Source: a virus. From it: 64,000 nucleotides of DNA. Positions 38,064 through 49,522 of this stretch are shown here, one piece after another. The notes under the pieces were generated by a model. It made no database searches and was not told where the DNA came from. It worked only from the letters and a program-made list of their open reading frames with translations. The stretch's first letter is position 1. Each line of letters opens with the position of its first letter. The stretch lies in the IMG/VR virus record IMGVR_UViG_3300030108_003783, positions 1-64,000 of that record. One strand, 5' to 3'. The translations under genes were made by a program, and so were the position numbers.

Positions 38064-39396
38064 AATTTCAGATTTCGGTTATAACTTTCAAACAAAGTTA
38101 ATTGCAGCATTACTTACTGATAAAAACTTTCTGCAACAGATTTCAGATATACTTGATCACAAATACTTTGAATCAGAAGCAGCATCATTTTTAGTTAAAT
38201 GTATAAAAGATCATGTATCAGAATTTAAAGCTGCTCCAACAATGGAAGTTTTAAAGGTTAAAATAAAAGAACTAACAGATGAAGTTTTGGAAACATCTGT
38301 TGTTTCTACTTTAAAAGATTCAATGAGAAATGTTGAATCTACTGATTTGGAATTTATTAAAGAAGAATCTATTAAGTTTTGTAAAAATCAAAAATTAAAA
38401 GCTGCAATTGTTGAATCTGTTAATTTATTGCAAAGTGGAGAATTTGATGCAATCAAAACAAAAATAGATGAAGCAATGAAAGCCGGGGGTGATAGAAATA
38501 TTGGCCACGAATATAATAAAGAAATAGAAGATAGATATAAGGAATCTGTCCGTAATACAATAACAACTGGTTGGGAAGTTATAGACGATTTGGCAGATGG
38601 AGGATTAGGAAGTGGGGAGCTTGGTGTAATGGTTGCACCAGCTGGTATTGGTAAATCTTGGGCTTTAGCTAATGTTGGAGCTAATGCTGTTAAAGCTGGT
38701 AAAACCGTTTTGCATTATACTTTGGAATTAAATCAAGCTTATGTAGGATTAAGATATGATTCTATATTTACAGGCATTGCAGCTCAAGATTTAAAATATA
38801 ATTTAGACGATGTAAAGAAAAGGTTAAAACAAATACCTGGCGAGTTAGTTATTAAATATTTCCCAACAAAAGGTGCAACGGTTTTATCTCTTGGTGCTCA
38901 TATTGAAAAATGTAAAATACAAGGAAAGAGTCCAGATTTAATTATAGTTGATTATGCAGATTTATTAAGAGGTAATGGAAGAGAAGTTAGACATGAGCTT
39001 GGTAATATTTACGAAGATTTAAGAGGATTAGCTGGTGAATATGAAATACCGATTTGGACTGCATCTCAAGCAAATCGTTCTGCATTACAAGAAGATGTTA
39101 TACAAGCAGACAAGATTGCAGAATCATATTCTAAAATAATGACTGCTGATTTTGTGGTTTCATTGTCAAGAAAGATTGAAGATAAGGCAGCTGGAACTGG
39201 AAGATGGCATGTTATTAAAAATAGGTTTGGTCCAGATGGTATTACTTTACCTTCTAAAATGAATGCATCAAATGGTCAAATCGATATTTATGATGGAGCA
39301 ACTATTCAAGGTCAAGCTGCTCAAGAGGATATCAATAACAACTCCGAATATTTAAGAAAAATGTTAGGAAATAAATTTAAAGAATTAAATACATAG
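38053..39396 (+). CDS. Replicative DnaB-like helicase (T4 gp41-like)
   Basis: APAGIGKS, YTLEL, IVDYADLL, WTASQANR, AES, KNRFG. Confidence 0.93.
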   Translation: MINKISDFGYNFQTKLIAALLTDKNFLQQISDILDHKYFESEAASFLVKCIKDHVSEFKAAPTMEVLKVKIKELTDEVLETSVVSTLKDSMRNVESTDLEFIKEESIKFCKNQKLKAAIVESVNLLQSGEFDAIKTKIDEAMKAGGDRNIGHEYNKEIEDRYKESVRNTITTGWEVIDDLADGGLGSGELGVMVAPAGIGKSWALANVGANAVKAGKTVLHYTLELNQAYVGLRYDSIFTGIAAQDLKYNLDDVKKRLKQIPGELVIKYFPTKGATVLSLGAHIEKCKIQGKSPDLIIVDYADLLRGNGREVRHELGNIYEDLRGLAGEYEIPIWTASQANRSALQEDVIQADKIAESYSKIMTADFVVSLSRKIEDKAAGTGRWHVIKNRFGPDGITLPSKMNASNGQIDIYDGATIQGQAAQEDINNNSEYLRKMLGNKFKELNT

Positions 39397-39434
39397 ACAG
39401 GGTTATATAAATATATATTCATATTTATTATGGA

Positions 39435-39465
39435 GACTGGCTATAACATAGGCCAGTCATTTTTA
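39435..39465 (+). terminator. Hairpin between helicase and RNR (terminator or leader element)
   Basis: GACTGGCTAT-AAC-ATAGGCCAGTC followed by ATTTTT. Confidence 0.45.
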
Positions 39466-39497
39466 TCTAAAAACGAAACAGAATAGAGGAATACAAA

Positions 39498-41357
39498 ATG
39501 GAAGTATCAAATCAAATATTATCAGAGATTACAGTTTATATGAAGTACGCAAAGTACTTACCAGAAAAAAATAGAAGAGAAACTTGGGAAGAGTTAGTAA
39601 CAAGAAATAAAGAAATGCATATAAAAACTTACCCGAAAATGAAAGAAGAAATAGAAGAAGCTTATAAACTAGTATACGATAAAAAAGTACTTCCATCTAT
39701 GAGATCATTACAGTTTGGTGGTAAACCAATAGAAATATCGCCTAATAGAATATACAATTGCGCTTATTTACCTATCGACTCTGTTGATTCATTTAGTGAA
39801 ACTATGTTTTTGTTGTTAGGTGGTACTGGCGTTGGTTATTCTGTACAAAGACATCACGTTGCAAAGCTGCCTGTAATAAATAAACCTTTTCCTAAAAGAT
39901 CAAGAAGATTTTTAATTGGAGACTCTATTGAAGGTTGGGCTGATGCAATAAAGGTGTTGATGAAATCTTATATGAATGGAGGAGGATCAAGAATAGAATT
40001 TGACTTTTCAGATATTAGACCAAAGGGAGCAAGACTAATAACGTCAGGTGGTAAAGCTCCAGGTCCACAACCATTAAAGGAATGTATATTAAAATTGACT
40101 GGTATTTTAGAATCAAAAGAAACTGGTGATAGAATAACAACATTAGAAGCTCACGATATGATTTGTCATATAGCCGATGCTGTTTTAGCTGGAGGTATTA
40201 GAAGAGCTGCTTTAATTAGTTTATTTAATGCAGATGATGATGCAATGATATCATGTAAATCGGGTAACTGGTGGGAATTAAACCCTCAACGAGGTAGAGC
40301 AAATAATTCAGCTGTACTAATGAGACACAAGATTACTAAAAAGTTCTTTTTAGATTTATGGGAAAGAGTTGAAAAGTCTGGTGCTGGTGAACCTGGTATT
40401 TATTTTAATAATGATAAAGATTGGGGAACTAATCCATGTTGTGAAATAGCATTAAGACCATTTCAATTTTGCAATTTATGCGAAGTAAATGCAAGTGATA
40501 TAAAAGATCAAGAAGATTTAAATAATCGTGTAAAAGCTGCATCATTAATTGGTACTTTACAAGCTGGTTATACTCAATTCCATTATCTTAGAGATATATG
40601 GAGAGAAACAACAGAGAAGGAAGCACTGATTGGAGTATCTATGACTGGTATTGGTTCTGGTACTGTTTTAGGTTATGATACAGAAGAAGCAGCAAAAGTT
40701 GTTAAAAAGGAAAATGCAAGAGTTGCAAAACTTCTAGAAATAAATAAAGCAGCTAGATGCACAACTGTTAAACCTGCTGGAACAACATCATTAGCTTTAG
40801 GAACATCATCAGGTATCCATGCATGGCATAACGATTATTATATAAGAAGAATAAGAGTTGGAAAGAATGAAACAATATATAATTATTTGAAAACGAATCA
40901 CCCTGAGTTAGTAGAAGATGAATACTTCAGACCTCATGATACTGCAGTAATTCAAATTCCTCAAAAAGCTCCAGCTGGTGCAATATTAAGAACAGAATCT
41001 CCATTCCAATTATTAGAAAGAGTAAAGAAAATAGCTACGGAATGGGTTAAGTCGGGTCACAGAAAGGGTTCTAATACTCACAACGTTTCAGCAACTATAT
41101 CATTGAAACAAGAAGATTGGGAATTAGCTGGTCAATGGATGTGGGAAAATAGAAAACACTATAACGGTTTATCAGTATTACCTTATGATGGTGGAACGTA
41201 TACTCAAGCACCATTTGAAGATATTACAAAAGAAAAATATGATGAAATGATGAAAACTTTAACAGAAGTTAATTTATCAAATGTTATAGAAGTAGAAGAT
41301 AATACAGATCTATCTGGAGAATTAGCTTGTGCAGGAGGTTCTTGTGAAATTACATAA
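39498..41357 (+). CDS. nrdJ: Class II (adenosylcobalamin-dependent) ribonucleotide reductase
   Basis: YNC, GGTGVG, RRAALI, TNPCCEI, QFCNLCE, VKPAGTTS, C-terminal CAGGSC; no small-subunit gene adjacent. Confidence 0.9.
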   Translation: MEVSNQILSEITVYMKYAKYLPEKNRRETWEELVTRNKEMHIKTYPKMKEEIEEAYKLVYDKKVLPSMRSLQFGGKPIEISPNRIYNCAYLPIDSVDSFSETMFLLLGGTGVGYSVQRHHVAKLPVINKPFPKRSRRFLIGDSIEGWADAIKVLMKSYMNGGGSRIEFDFSDIRPKGARLITSGGKAPGPQPLKECILKLTGILESKETGDRITTLEAHDMICHIADAVLAGGIRRAALISLFNADDDAMISCKSGNWWELNPQRGRANNSAVLMRHKITKKFFLDLWERVEKSGAGEPGIYFNNDKDWGTNPCCEIALRPFQFCNLCEVNASDIKDQEDLNNRVKAASLIGTLQAGYTQFHYLRDIWRETTEKEALIGVSMTGIGSGTVLGYDTEEAAKVVKKENARVAKLLEINKAARCTTVKPAGTTSLALGTSSGIHAWHNDYYIRRIRVGKNETIYNYLKTNHPELVEDEYFRPHDTAVIQIPQKAPAGAILRTESPFQLLERVKKIATEWVKSGHRKGSNTHNVSATISLKQEDWELAGQWMWENRKHYNGLSVLPYDGGTYTQAPFEDITKEKYDEMMKTLTEVNLSNVIEVEDNTDLSGELACAGGSCEIT

Positions 41358-41419
41358 GGATTGGATTGTAGATTTATATTACGAGGAAATGGTTATTGGG
41401 TCCAATAAGGAGAACAACC

Positions 41420-41614
41420 ATGACAGATATAAACGACCTAAACAACAAACTGAAAAAGATTCAAAAAGATATAAAGGAATATCAAAAAGCTTGCAATCAC
41501 AAAAATCAAGCTATGAAAATGAATGATAAAAATGAAATACAATGGCGCTGTTTAAAATGTGATTCATTTATTAGAATACCAACACAAGAGGAAGTTACAA
41601 AATGGCTGAAATAA
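41420..41614 (+). CDS. Small protein, possibly Zn-binding (CxH...CxxC)
   Basis: Start moved to ATG 41420 after AAGGAG. Confidence 0.6.
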   Translation: MTDINDLNNKLKKIQKDIKEYQKACNHKNQAMKMNDKNEIQWRCLKCDSFIRIPTQEEVTKWLK

Positions 41615-41847
41615 AAGAGCAAAAGGATTTAGTTTTACAAAGAGTACCACCAGGAGATCAATGGTCTCCAGTAAATGGTGACACCAATATAATATTACCA
41701 TCGTTAACAGAAGGACTAGAATATATCTTTCAAAGAGACGGTGTAAGAGATTTTCATTTAGCTGCATTAGATGGTAAAGTTTATGCAGTACAAGAAGTAG
41801 AAGTAGCACCGCCACCACCAAAAACTTTCAATTTATATGGTGAATAA
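41602..41847 (+). CDS. Hypothetical protein
   Basis: 81 aa, GAGG SD, RVPPGDQW. Confidence 0.6.
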   Translation: MAEIKEQKDLVLQRVPPGDQWSPVNGDTNIILPSLTEGLEYIFQRDGVRDFHLAALDGKVYAVQEVEVAPPPPKTFNLYGE

Positions 41848-41879
41848 TTTGGATAAGTCCAAAAAATTTGTTATATTTA
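41848..41879 (+). promoter_or_regulatory. Class A promoter (leaderless geometry)
   Basis: TTTG-GATAAGTC...N20-TATATTTA; ATG 4 nt later. Confidence 0.7.
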
Positions 41880-41883
41880 GTAT

Positions 41884-42402
41884 ATGATTACAATGATAGA
41901 AGGCCCACGTAATACGGGCAAAACACACTTATTAAAAGAGTCTGGAATTAAGGTTTATAAATTTCCATTTGCAAAATGGTACGATATACTTGACCTTGGC
42001 AGAGATAAGCTTGCTGCTAATGCTTTTGGCATGGGAAGATTAATGCTGCATGATTTATCTAATAATGGGTATATAGATAATATTATAACTGATAGAAGTA
42101 TAATATCGCCATTAGCTTGGGGTGTAATAGAAGGAAGAGTATCGCAAAAAGAATCTCATACTTTATTGATGCATATGATTCACGAAGGTATTTTAAATGC
42201 AGATGATAAAGTAATCTATGTTACTGGTGATAACCCAAATGGTAGAAGCAGAGGTGATCATTGGGATGATTCTGATTTTGAAATAGAATCTAAAATGTAT
42301 TATCATATAATGGAAACCTTAGATAAGTATCTAGGCAATGTAATAGAATTTGAAAATAAATTTGATAACCTTTCAACAGCATTATTTAAAAAATTATTAT
42401 GA
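41884..42402 (+). CDS. dNMP kinase-like P-loop protein
   Basis: IEGPRNTGKT and ITDRS, as in thymidylate-kinase-family proteins. Confidence 0.7.
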   Translation: MITMIEGPRNTGKTHLLKESGIKVYKFPFAKWYDILDLGRDKLAANAFGMGRLMLHDLSNNGYIDNIITDRSIISPLAWGVIEGRVSQKESHTLLMHMIHEGILNADDKVIYVTGDNPNGRSRGDHWDDSDFEIESKMYYHIMETLDKYLGNVIEFENKFDNLSTALFKKLL

Positions 42403-43148
42403 ATTTAATTTATCACCCTTCAATAGCAATAGAAAAATCTAAAGAAAAATTATATTCTTTAGGTCAAGAAGTATTCAGTGGAAAATGGCAATCAGTAGAC
42501 GTAGACCAATCTATGTGGGAATTATTTAATCACACTGTAAAATGTGCAATGCCTCAAACTGTAAAAGAAATGGTCAAAGAAATAAAACCTAATTTACCTT
42601 GGGCTGATGATCACTTTGAAGAAAGAATAGGGGGTAAACCTTTAAACCCACCACCAAGTAATGAATGGTGGCCTTTTGCTCAAAGAGGTAATAAGCAATT
42701 CAAAGCAGATGAAAAATTTTCTCATACTTATCCAGAAAGATTATGGCCACCATACAGAAAAGGTGTTAGATTTAATTATGGTTCTATGAATGATGTAATA
42801 GATTTATTGGAAAGAGAACCTTATACAAGGCAAGCATTTTTGCCAATATGGTACCCTGAAGATACTGGTGCTCATCATAAAGAAAGAGTTCCATGTACAA
42901 TAGGTTATCATTTTATCAGAAGAGATGATTGGTTACATTTATTTTACTTCATTCGTTCTTGTGATATAATAAGGCACTTCAGAGATGATATTTACATGGC
43001 AATGAGAAAAGCTAAATTTGTATTAGATGAATTAAAGAAAAGAAATAAAGAATGGGAAAATGTAAAACTTGGAATATATGATATGAAAATTATTTCATTA
43101 CATTGTTTCTCTAACGAAAAAGGAATATTAAAACAAAAAAATATATAG
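42399..43148 (+). CDS. Thymidylate-synthase-fold enzyme, probably a dCMP (hydroxy)methylase
   Basis: TRQA..PIW.PED, catalytic VPCT, RSCDIIRHFRDD, SLH. Confidence 0.75.
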   Translation: MNLIYHPSIAIEKSKEKLYSLGQEVFSGKWQSVDVDQSMWELFNHTVKCAMPQTVKEMVKEIKPNLPWADDHFEERIGGKPLNPPPSNEWWPFAQRGNKQFKADEKFSHTYPERLWPPYRKGVRFNYGSMNDVIDLLEREPYTRQAFLPIWYPEDTGAHHKERVPCTIGYHFIRRDDWLHLFYFIRSCDIIRHFRDDIYMAMRKAKFVLDELKKRNKEWENVKLGIYDMKIISLHCFSNEKGILKQKNI

Positions 43149-43157
43149 GAGAATAAA

Positions 43158-43595
43158 ATGAAATTTGCAAAAGTAAGAGATGTAAAAACACCAACAAGAG
43201 CTAATCCAACTGATGCTGGAATTGACTTTTTTGTACCAAATGATATGCCAATACATGAAATACGAAAAAACGAAAAAGCTTTAATTCCATCTGGTATAAA
43301 AGTTGATGTTCCTGAAGGTTTCGCTTTAATAGCATTTAATAAATCTGGCGTTGCAACAACTAGAGAATTACAAGTTGGAGCATGCGTAGTAGATTGCGGA
43401 TATCAAGGTGAAGTTCATTTTCATTTATTTAATTATGGCAAAAATACAGTTTATATCAATCCAGGAGATAAAATAGTTCAGTTTGTTTTATTACCATTAG
43501 GAGATCCAATTGTAGAAGAAGTTAAAGAATCTGAATTATATAATTCAATATCTTCAAGAGGAACTGGAGGTTTTGGTTCAACTGGGACAAAATAG
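43158..43595 (+). CDS. dut: Trimeric dUTPase
   Basis: AGIDF, NKSG, VVDCGYQGE, GDKIVQ, RGTGGFGSTG. Confidence 0.93.
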   Translation: MKFAKVRDVKTPTRANPTDAGIDFFVPNDMPIHEIRKNEKALIPSGIKVDVPEGFALIAFNKSGVATTRELQVGACVVDCGYQGEVHFHLFNYGKNTVYINPGDKIVQFVLLPLGDPIVEEVKESELYNSISSRGTGGFGSTGTK

Positions 43596-43606
43596 TTCTC
43601 AAAAAA

Positions 43607-43638
43607 TTTGGATAAGTCGAAAAAATTTCTTATATTAG
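43607..43638 (+). promoter_or_regulatory. Class A promoter
   Basis: TTTG-GATAAGTC...N20-TATATTAG. Confidence 0.7.
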
Positions 43639-43659
43639 TATATAATAAAAAAGTTACAT

Positions 43660-46095
43660 ATGAAAGTATCAAAAATAACATCAGTATTTAATAAAGGTAA
43701 ATATGATATATATTTATCTGGCTATGACGACAATGGTAAAAATGTAAAGAAAATTGAAAAGTTCGATGATTATTTCTTTTATGAAGCAGAAAACATTTCA
43801 GATATAGATGATTACCCAGGATTAAAATGTATCCCTGATAAAATCTATAAATCTGTTGAAGGTAAAGACTTATTAAAAGTTCATTATACTTCTGTTAAAA
43901 ATAAACATAAATTGCAAAAGAAATTTATCAAACGTACATATGAAGCAGATTTAAAACCTGAATTTAAATATATGCTTGATCAAAAATTGGAGTGGTCTTC
44001 AAAACGTCACTTCATGTATTTGGATATTGAAACATGGTATGATCCAAACGATTCATCTCAAAACAGACCTGAAACACCTAATATGCCAATTACTTCGATT
44101 GTTGCATATTCAAGTGAAGCTGATAAATATTTTGTATTTTCATGGCATCCTGAAAAAACTAAAAAGTTTGATGAACCAAAATTTGTTGACAAAGAAAACG
44201 TAACATACGTATTTTGTAAAACGGAACAAGAAGTATTATTAGGTTTTATAAACTTGATTAAAACAAGCAATCCAGATATTCTTTCTGGTTGGTATTCGTC
44301 AGGTTATGATATGCCTTATATATTAAATCGTTCTAAAAGATTAAATATTCCTATTGAAGAGATATCTGTTGTAAAAGATTATTACATCAGAAAGCGTGGT
44401 GATTATTGGAAATTTCAAATAAAAGGTTTAGACCATATAGATATGATGGAAGCTTTACAAGATTTAAAATATAATTTACCAAACTGGAAATTAGCAACAG
44501 CAGCTAAAGTTATTTTAAAAGATGAAGAATTTGGAAAGCTTACTGATACTACTTGGAAGAATTGGATTGATGATTACGAAGGCTTCTTAAAATATGCTGT
44601 TAGGGATGTTGAAATTTTAAAAGAAATAAATGAAAAAGTTCAAGTATTTGATTTATATATTTCAATGCAACAAATTGCAAACCTTGAAACATTAAATTTA
44701 GTATTCTTTAAATCAATGCTAATTGATAATTACATGTGCAAGGAATTTCATAATGAAACTATATTCCCAACAAGATATACTAAAAAGCGTAGAGACTATC
44801 AAGGTGCTATTGTTATTGAACCAACTGAACCGGGTTTAAATGAAAATGTAACTGTTATGGATTATACTTCACTATATCCAACAACTGTAATGGCATTTAA
44901 CATTTCACCTGAAACTTTTATATGCTCTCAAGAACAGTGCGAAAAAGCTGGTATGGATATCGAAGATGTAGTCAAGCAATTGAAAGCTGATAATATAGAT
45001 TACGTAGATACTGGATATTCTAAGGATCTTTTCGGAAGGAGGTATTTGTTTTATGGTCATACTCACAAAGTTGGTATTCTACCTCAAATACTTAAAAAGG
45101 TATTTGTACAAAGGGTTGAAATTAACCGGGCATTAAATGCAGGTGAAATTCCAGATGATCAATATGAAGCAATGCATAAAAGACAATGGTCATATAAAAT
45201 TATTATGAACAGTGCTTATGGTGCAATGGGATATTCACTTTTCAGAATGTGTTTATTTGAATGTGCTGATTCAACTACTTATTTTGCAAGGCAAGCTTTA
45301 AAATTTGGTTTAGTACATTTTAATAATAAAGGTCATAAACCGTTATATGCTGATACTGATTCTGTATTTATTAAATCTAATGGCAAAGATGAAAATGGTA
45401 TGAAAGGTATGCAAAAAGAATATAATGATTCTTTATATAATAATTTCGTTAAAAAGCATAATACAGGTCCAGTTAAAGATTACATGTTTTTAGATTTAAA
45501 ATTTGAATATTATCTTGATAGAATATACTTCGGTGATGTAAAGAAAAGATATTATGGTATTGTAAAAGGTTCTGGTAAAAAGGTTATTAGGGGTATGAAT
45601 ATTATTCGTAAAGAAACACCAGAGTATTTAAAGAAAAGGTTAAATGATATGGCTGAGTTAGCTGTTACTAATAAGTTAACATTGGATTGGGTATTAGATT
45701 TACGTAAAGAAGTTGAATCCCAGCCATATCAAAAAATAGGTATGGCCAAAGGCTTTGGTAAACCTTTTAATACTTATACTAAAACAATGCCTCAACATGT
45801 AAAAGCTGCTGTTTGGGCTAATGAAATATTAGGTACAGAATTAACAAATTTAGATAATCCATATTTATTTTATGTAAAATCTAAAATCGAAGATGATAAA
45901 AAAGTTAAAGAAAGGCATAAAGCTATTTGTATTAATGAAGATGATTTACATTTAATTGATACTAATAAAGATAAATTTGAAATTGATTACGATACTTTAT
46001 TTTATAAGCAATGTATTGTTCCTATTGAAGAATTTAAACAAATGCCATATATAGTAGATTTACTTGAAAAATATAATGAAACTATCAAGTCTTAA
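43660..46095 (+). CDS. Family B DNA polymerase with 3'-5' exonuclease
   Basis: LDIET, GWYS.GYDMPY, YAVRD, MDYTSLYP, KIIMNSAYG, YADTDS, KKRY. Confidence 0.95.
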   Translation: MKVSKITSVFNKGKYDIYLSGYDDNGKNVKKIEKFDDYFFYEAENISDIDDYPGLKCIPDKIYKSVEGKDLLKVHYTSVKNKHKLQKKFIKRTYEADLKPEFKYMLDQKLEWSSKRHFMYLDIETWYDPNDSSQNRPETPNMPITSIVAYSSEADKYFVFSWHPEKTKKFDEPKFVDKENVTYVFCKTEQEVLLGFINLIKTSNPDILSGWYSSGYDMPYILNRSKRLNIPIEEISVVKDYYIRKRGDYWKFQIKGLDHIDMMEALQDLKYNLPNWKLATAAKVILKDEEFGKLTDTTWKNWIDDYEGFLKYAVRDVEILKEINEKVQVFDLYISMQQIANLETLNLVFFKSMLIDNYMCKEFHNETIFPTRYTKKRRDYQGAIVIEPTEPGLNENVTVMDYTSLYPTTVMAFNISPETFICSQEQCEKAGMDIEDVVKQLKADNIDYVDTGYSKDLFGRRYLFYGHTHKVGILPQILKKVFVQRVEINRALNAGEIPDDQYEAMHKRQWSYKIIMNSAYGAMGYSLFRMCLFECADSTTYFARQALKFGLVHFNNKGHKPLYADTDSVFIKSNGKDENGMKGMQKEYNDSLYNNFVKKHNTGPVKDYMFLDLKFEYYLDRIYFGDVKKRYYGIVKGSGKKVIRGMNIIRKETPEYLKKRLNDMAELAVTNKLTLDWVLDLRKEVESQPYQKIGMAKGFGKPFNTYTKTMPQHVKAAVWANEILGTELTNLDNPYLFYVKSKIEDDKKVKERHKAICINEDDLHLIDTNKDKFEIDYDTLFYKQCIVPIEEFKQMPYIVDLLEKYNETIKS

Positions 46096-46105
46096 ATCGA
46101 AACTA

Positions 46106-46115
46106 TATATTTATA
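46106..46115 (+). promoter_or_regulatory. Class B promoter motif upstream of groES-groEL
   Basis: TATATTTATA. Confidence 0.5.
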
Positions 46116-46156
46116 TTATACAAAATAAGTTATAAAATTAATAAATGGAGGTTAAC

Positions 46157-48062
<1,906 letters not shown>

Positions 48063-48064
48063 CT

Positions 48065-48295
48065 ATGGAAAATAAACAAAATATCAATATCAACCCAGAA
48101 GACTTAACAGATGTTGTTTGCGATGAATGCGGAGGTCAAGTATTTGTACCAGCATTTTTATTTAAAAAGATCTCTGCAGTTTTATCACCTAATGGTAAAG
48201 CTTCTATGATACCATTAAACGTTTTTAAATGTGATCATTGTGGTCATATAAATAAAGATTTTATACCTAATCAAGGTGGAAAAAAAGTCTTATAA
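48065..48295 (+). CDS. Small Zn-ribbon protein
   Basis: CDECG...CDHCG. Confidence 0.7.
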   Translation: MENKQNININPEDLTDVVCDECGGQVFVPAFLFKKISAVLSPNGKASMIPLNVFKCDHCGHINKDFIPNQGGKKVL

Positions 48296-48327
48296 TTTGG
48301 ATAAGTCCAAAAAATTTGTTATATTAT
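48296..48327 (+). promoter_or_regulatory. Class A promoter (leaderless geometry)
   Basis: TTTG-GATAAGTC...N20-TATATTAT; ATG 3 nt later. Confidence 0.7.
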
Positions 48328-48330
48328 AAT

Positions 48331-48546
48331 ATGAAAGAAATACAGCACAAACATCCAGACCATTATAATAAAGGCGAAATAGAAGTATGGGACTTTATAG
48401 CTGATCAAAAATTAGATTTCTTTGAAGGAAATATAGTAAAATATATTTGCAGATGGAAAACTAAAAATGGATATAAAGATTTATTAAAAGTAAAAGAATA
48501 CATAGATAAATACTTAGAAGTCGTATCAAAAGACTATGAACTTTAA
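48331..48546 (+). CDS. DUF3310-like protein (T7 gp1.7-related nucleotide kinase family)
   Basis: HPDHY...IE..DFI...GNIVKYI.R...KNG..DL.K...Y; start moved to ATG 48331. Confidence 0.8.
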   Translation: MKEIQHKHPDHYNKGEIEVWDFIADQKLDFFEGNIVKYICRWKTKNGYKDLLKVKEYIDKYLEVVSKDYEL

Positions 48547-49486
48547 TATATTAAATATAAAAGATCCACTGGCAATGTCACGTGAAGCAAAGAAGCTTGG
48601 GAAAAAGATGATATCTAATTCTCAAATAAAAACTTATTCACAGTGTCCTCACAAATGGAGAACTATGTATATAGATGGGAATAAAGAATATCAACAATCT
48701 TTATTCTTTACATTTGGTACAGCTATGCATGAAACATTGCAACACTTTTTGCATGTAATGTATACTCAAACTGCTAAAGCTGCTGAATCTTTAGATCTTC
48801 CTAAAATGTTAAAGGAAGAAATGACTAAAGCTTATAAGATGGGTTTGAAAAGAAATAAAGGCGAACACTTCACAAATAAGTTTGACCTTGAAGATATATA
48901 CAAAGAAGGTGTAAAAATATTAGAATTTTTTATTAGAAAAAGAGGAGCTTATTTTTCAAAAAAGAATTGTGAGCTTTTAGGTATTGAAGTTCCTATATTT
49001 GTAGAATCTGATTGCAATCCCAATATATTAATAGGTGGTTTTCTAGATGTCGTTATGAAAGAGCACGATAAAATTAAAATATACGATATTAAAACTTCAT
49101 ATAAAACTTGGGATAAGAAAAAGAAAAAGGACAGTTCTTTCCAATTAAGATTATATAAAAAATACTTTTCAAAGCAATATGATATACCAGAAGAAGATAT
49201 TGATATAGAATATTTTATTGTAAAAAGAACCATATATGAAAATTCAGATTTTCCTCAAAGCAGAATACAACAATTTTCACCTTCATCTGGTAAACCAACT
49301 ATGAATAAAACAGCTGCAATAGTTGACGATTTTATTTTGGGAGTATTTAATGAAGATGGTTCATATAATACAGATAGAGAATATAAAGCCCTTTCTGGTG
49401 TCAAAGGTAGAAATTGCAAATATTGCCCATTTAAAACTGATTATATTAACTGCCCAAAAGAAAATAGAATAAAAACAATAATGTAA
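48536..49486 (+). CDS. Cas4/RecB-like PD-(D/E)xK exonuclease
   Basis: SNSQI..Y..CP, GTAMHE, LDVV...YDIKTS, QL.LY, CKYCPF...C. Confidence 0.85.
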   Translation: MNFNILNIKDPLAMSREAKKLGKKMISNSQIKTYSQCPHKWRTMYIDGNKEYQQSLFFTFGTAMHETLQHFLHVMYTQTAKAAESLDLPKMLKEEMTKAYKMGLKRNKGEHFTNKFDLEDIYKEGVKILEFFIRKRGAYFSKKNCELLGIEVPIFVESDCNPNILIGGFLDVVMKEHDKIKIYDIKTSYKTWDKKKKKDSSFQLRLYKKYFSKQYDIPEEDIDIEYFIVKRTIYENSDFPQSRIQQFSPSSGKPTMNKTAAIVDDFILGVFNEDGSYNTDREYKALSGVKGRNCKYCPFKTDYINCPKENRIKTIM

Positions 49487-49518
49487 TTTGGATATGTCGT
49501 AAAAATTTGTTATATTAA
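49487..49518 (+). promoter_or_regulatory. Class A promoter (leaderless geometry)
   Basis: TTTG-GATATGTC...N20-TATATTAA; ATG 4 nt later. Confidence 0.7.
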
Positions 49519-49522
49519 TATC

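Noticed and set aside
39397-39497. Cobalamin riboswitch upstream of nrdJ
   Set aside because: Only about 100 nt, AT-rich, one hairpin and no recognisable B12 box
41329-41526. 65-aa ORF overlapping the nrdJ end
   Set aside because: Out-of-frame overlap with nrdJ and with the SD-supported 41420 gene
48536-49486. Cas4-like gene as part of a CRISPR-Cas system
   Set aside because: No cas1/cas2 or array in the window; solo Cas4-like nucleases are common in phages
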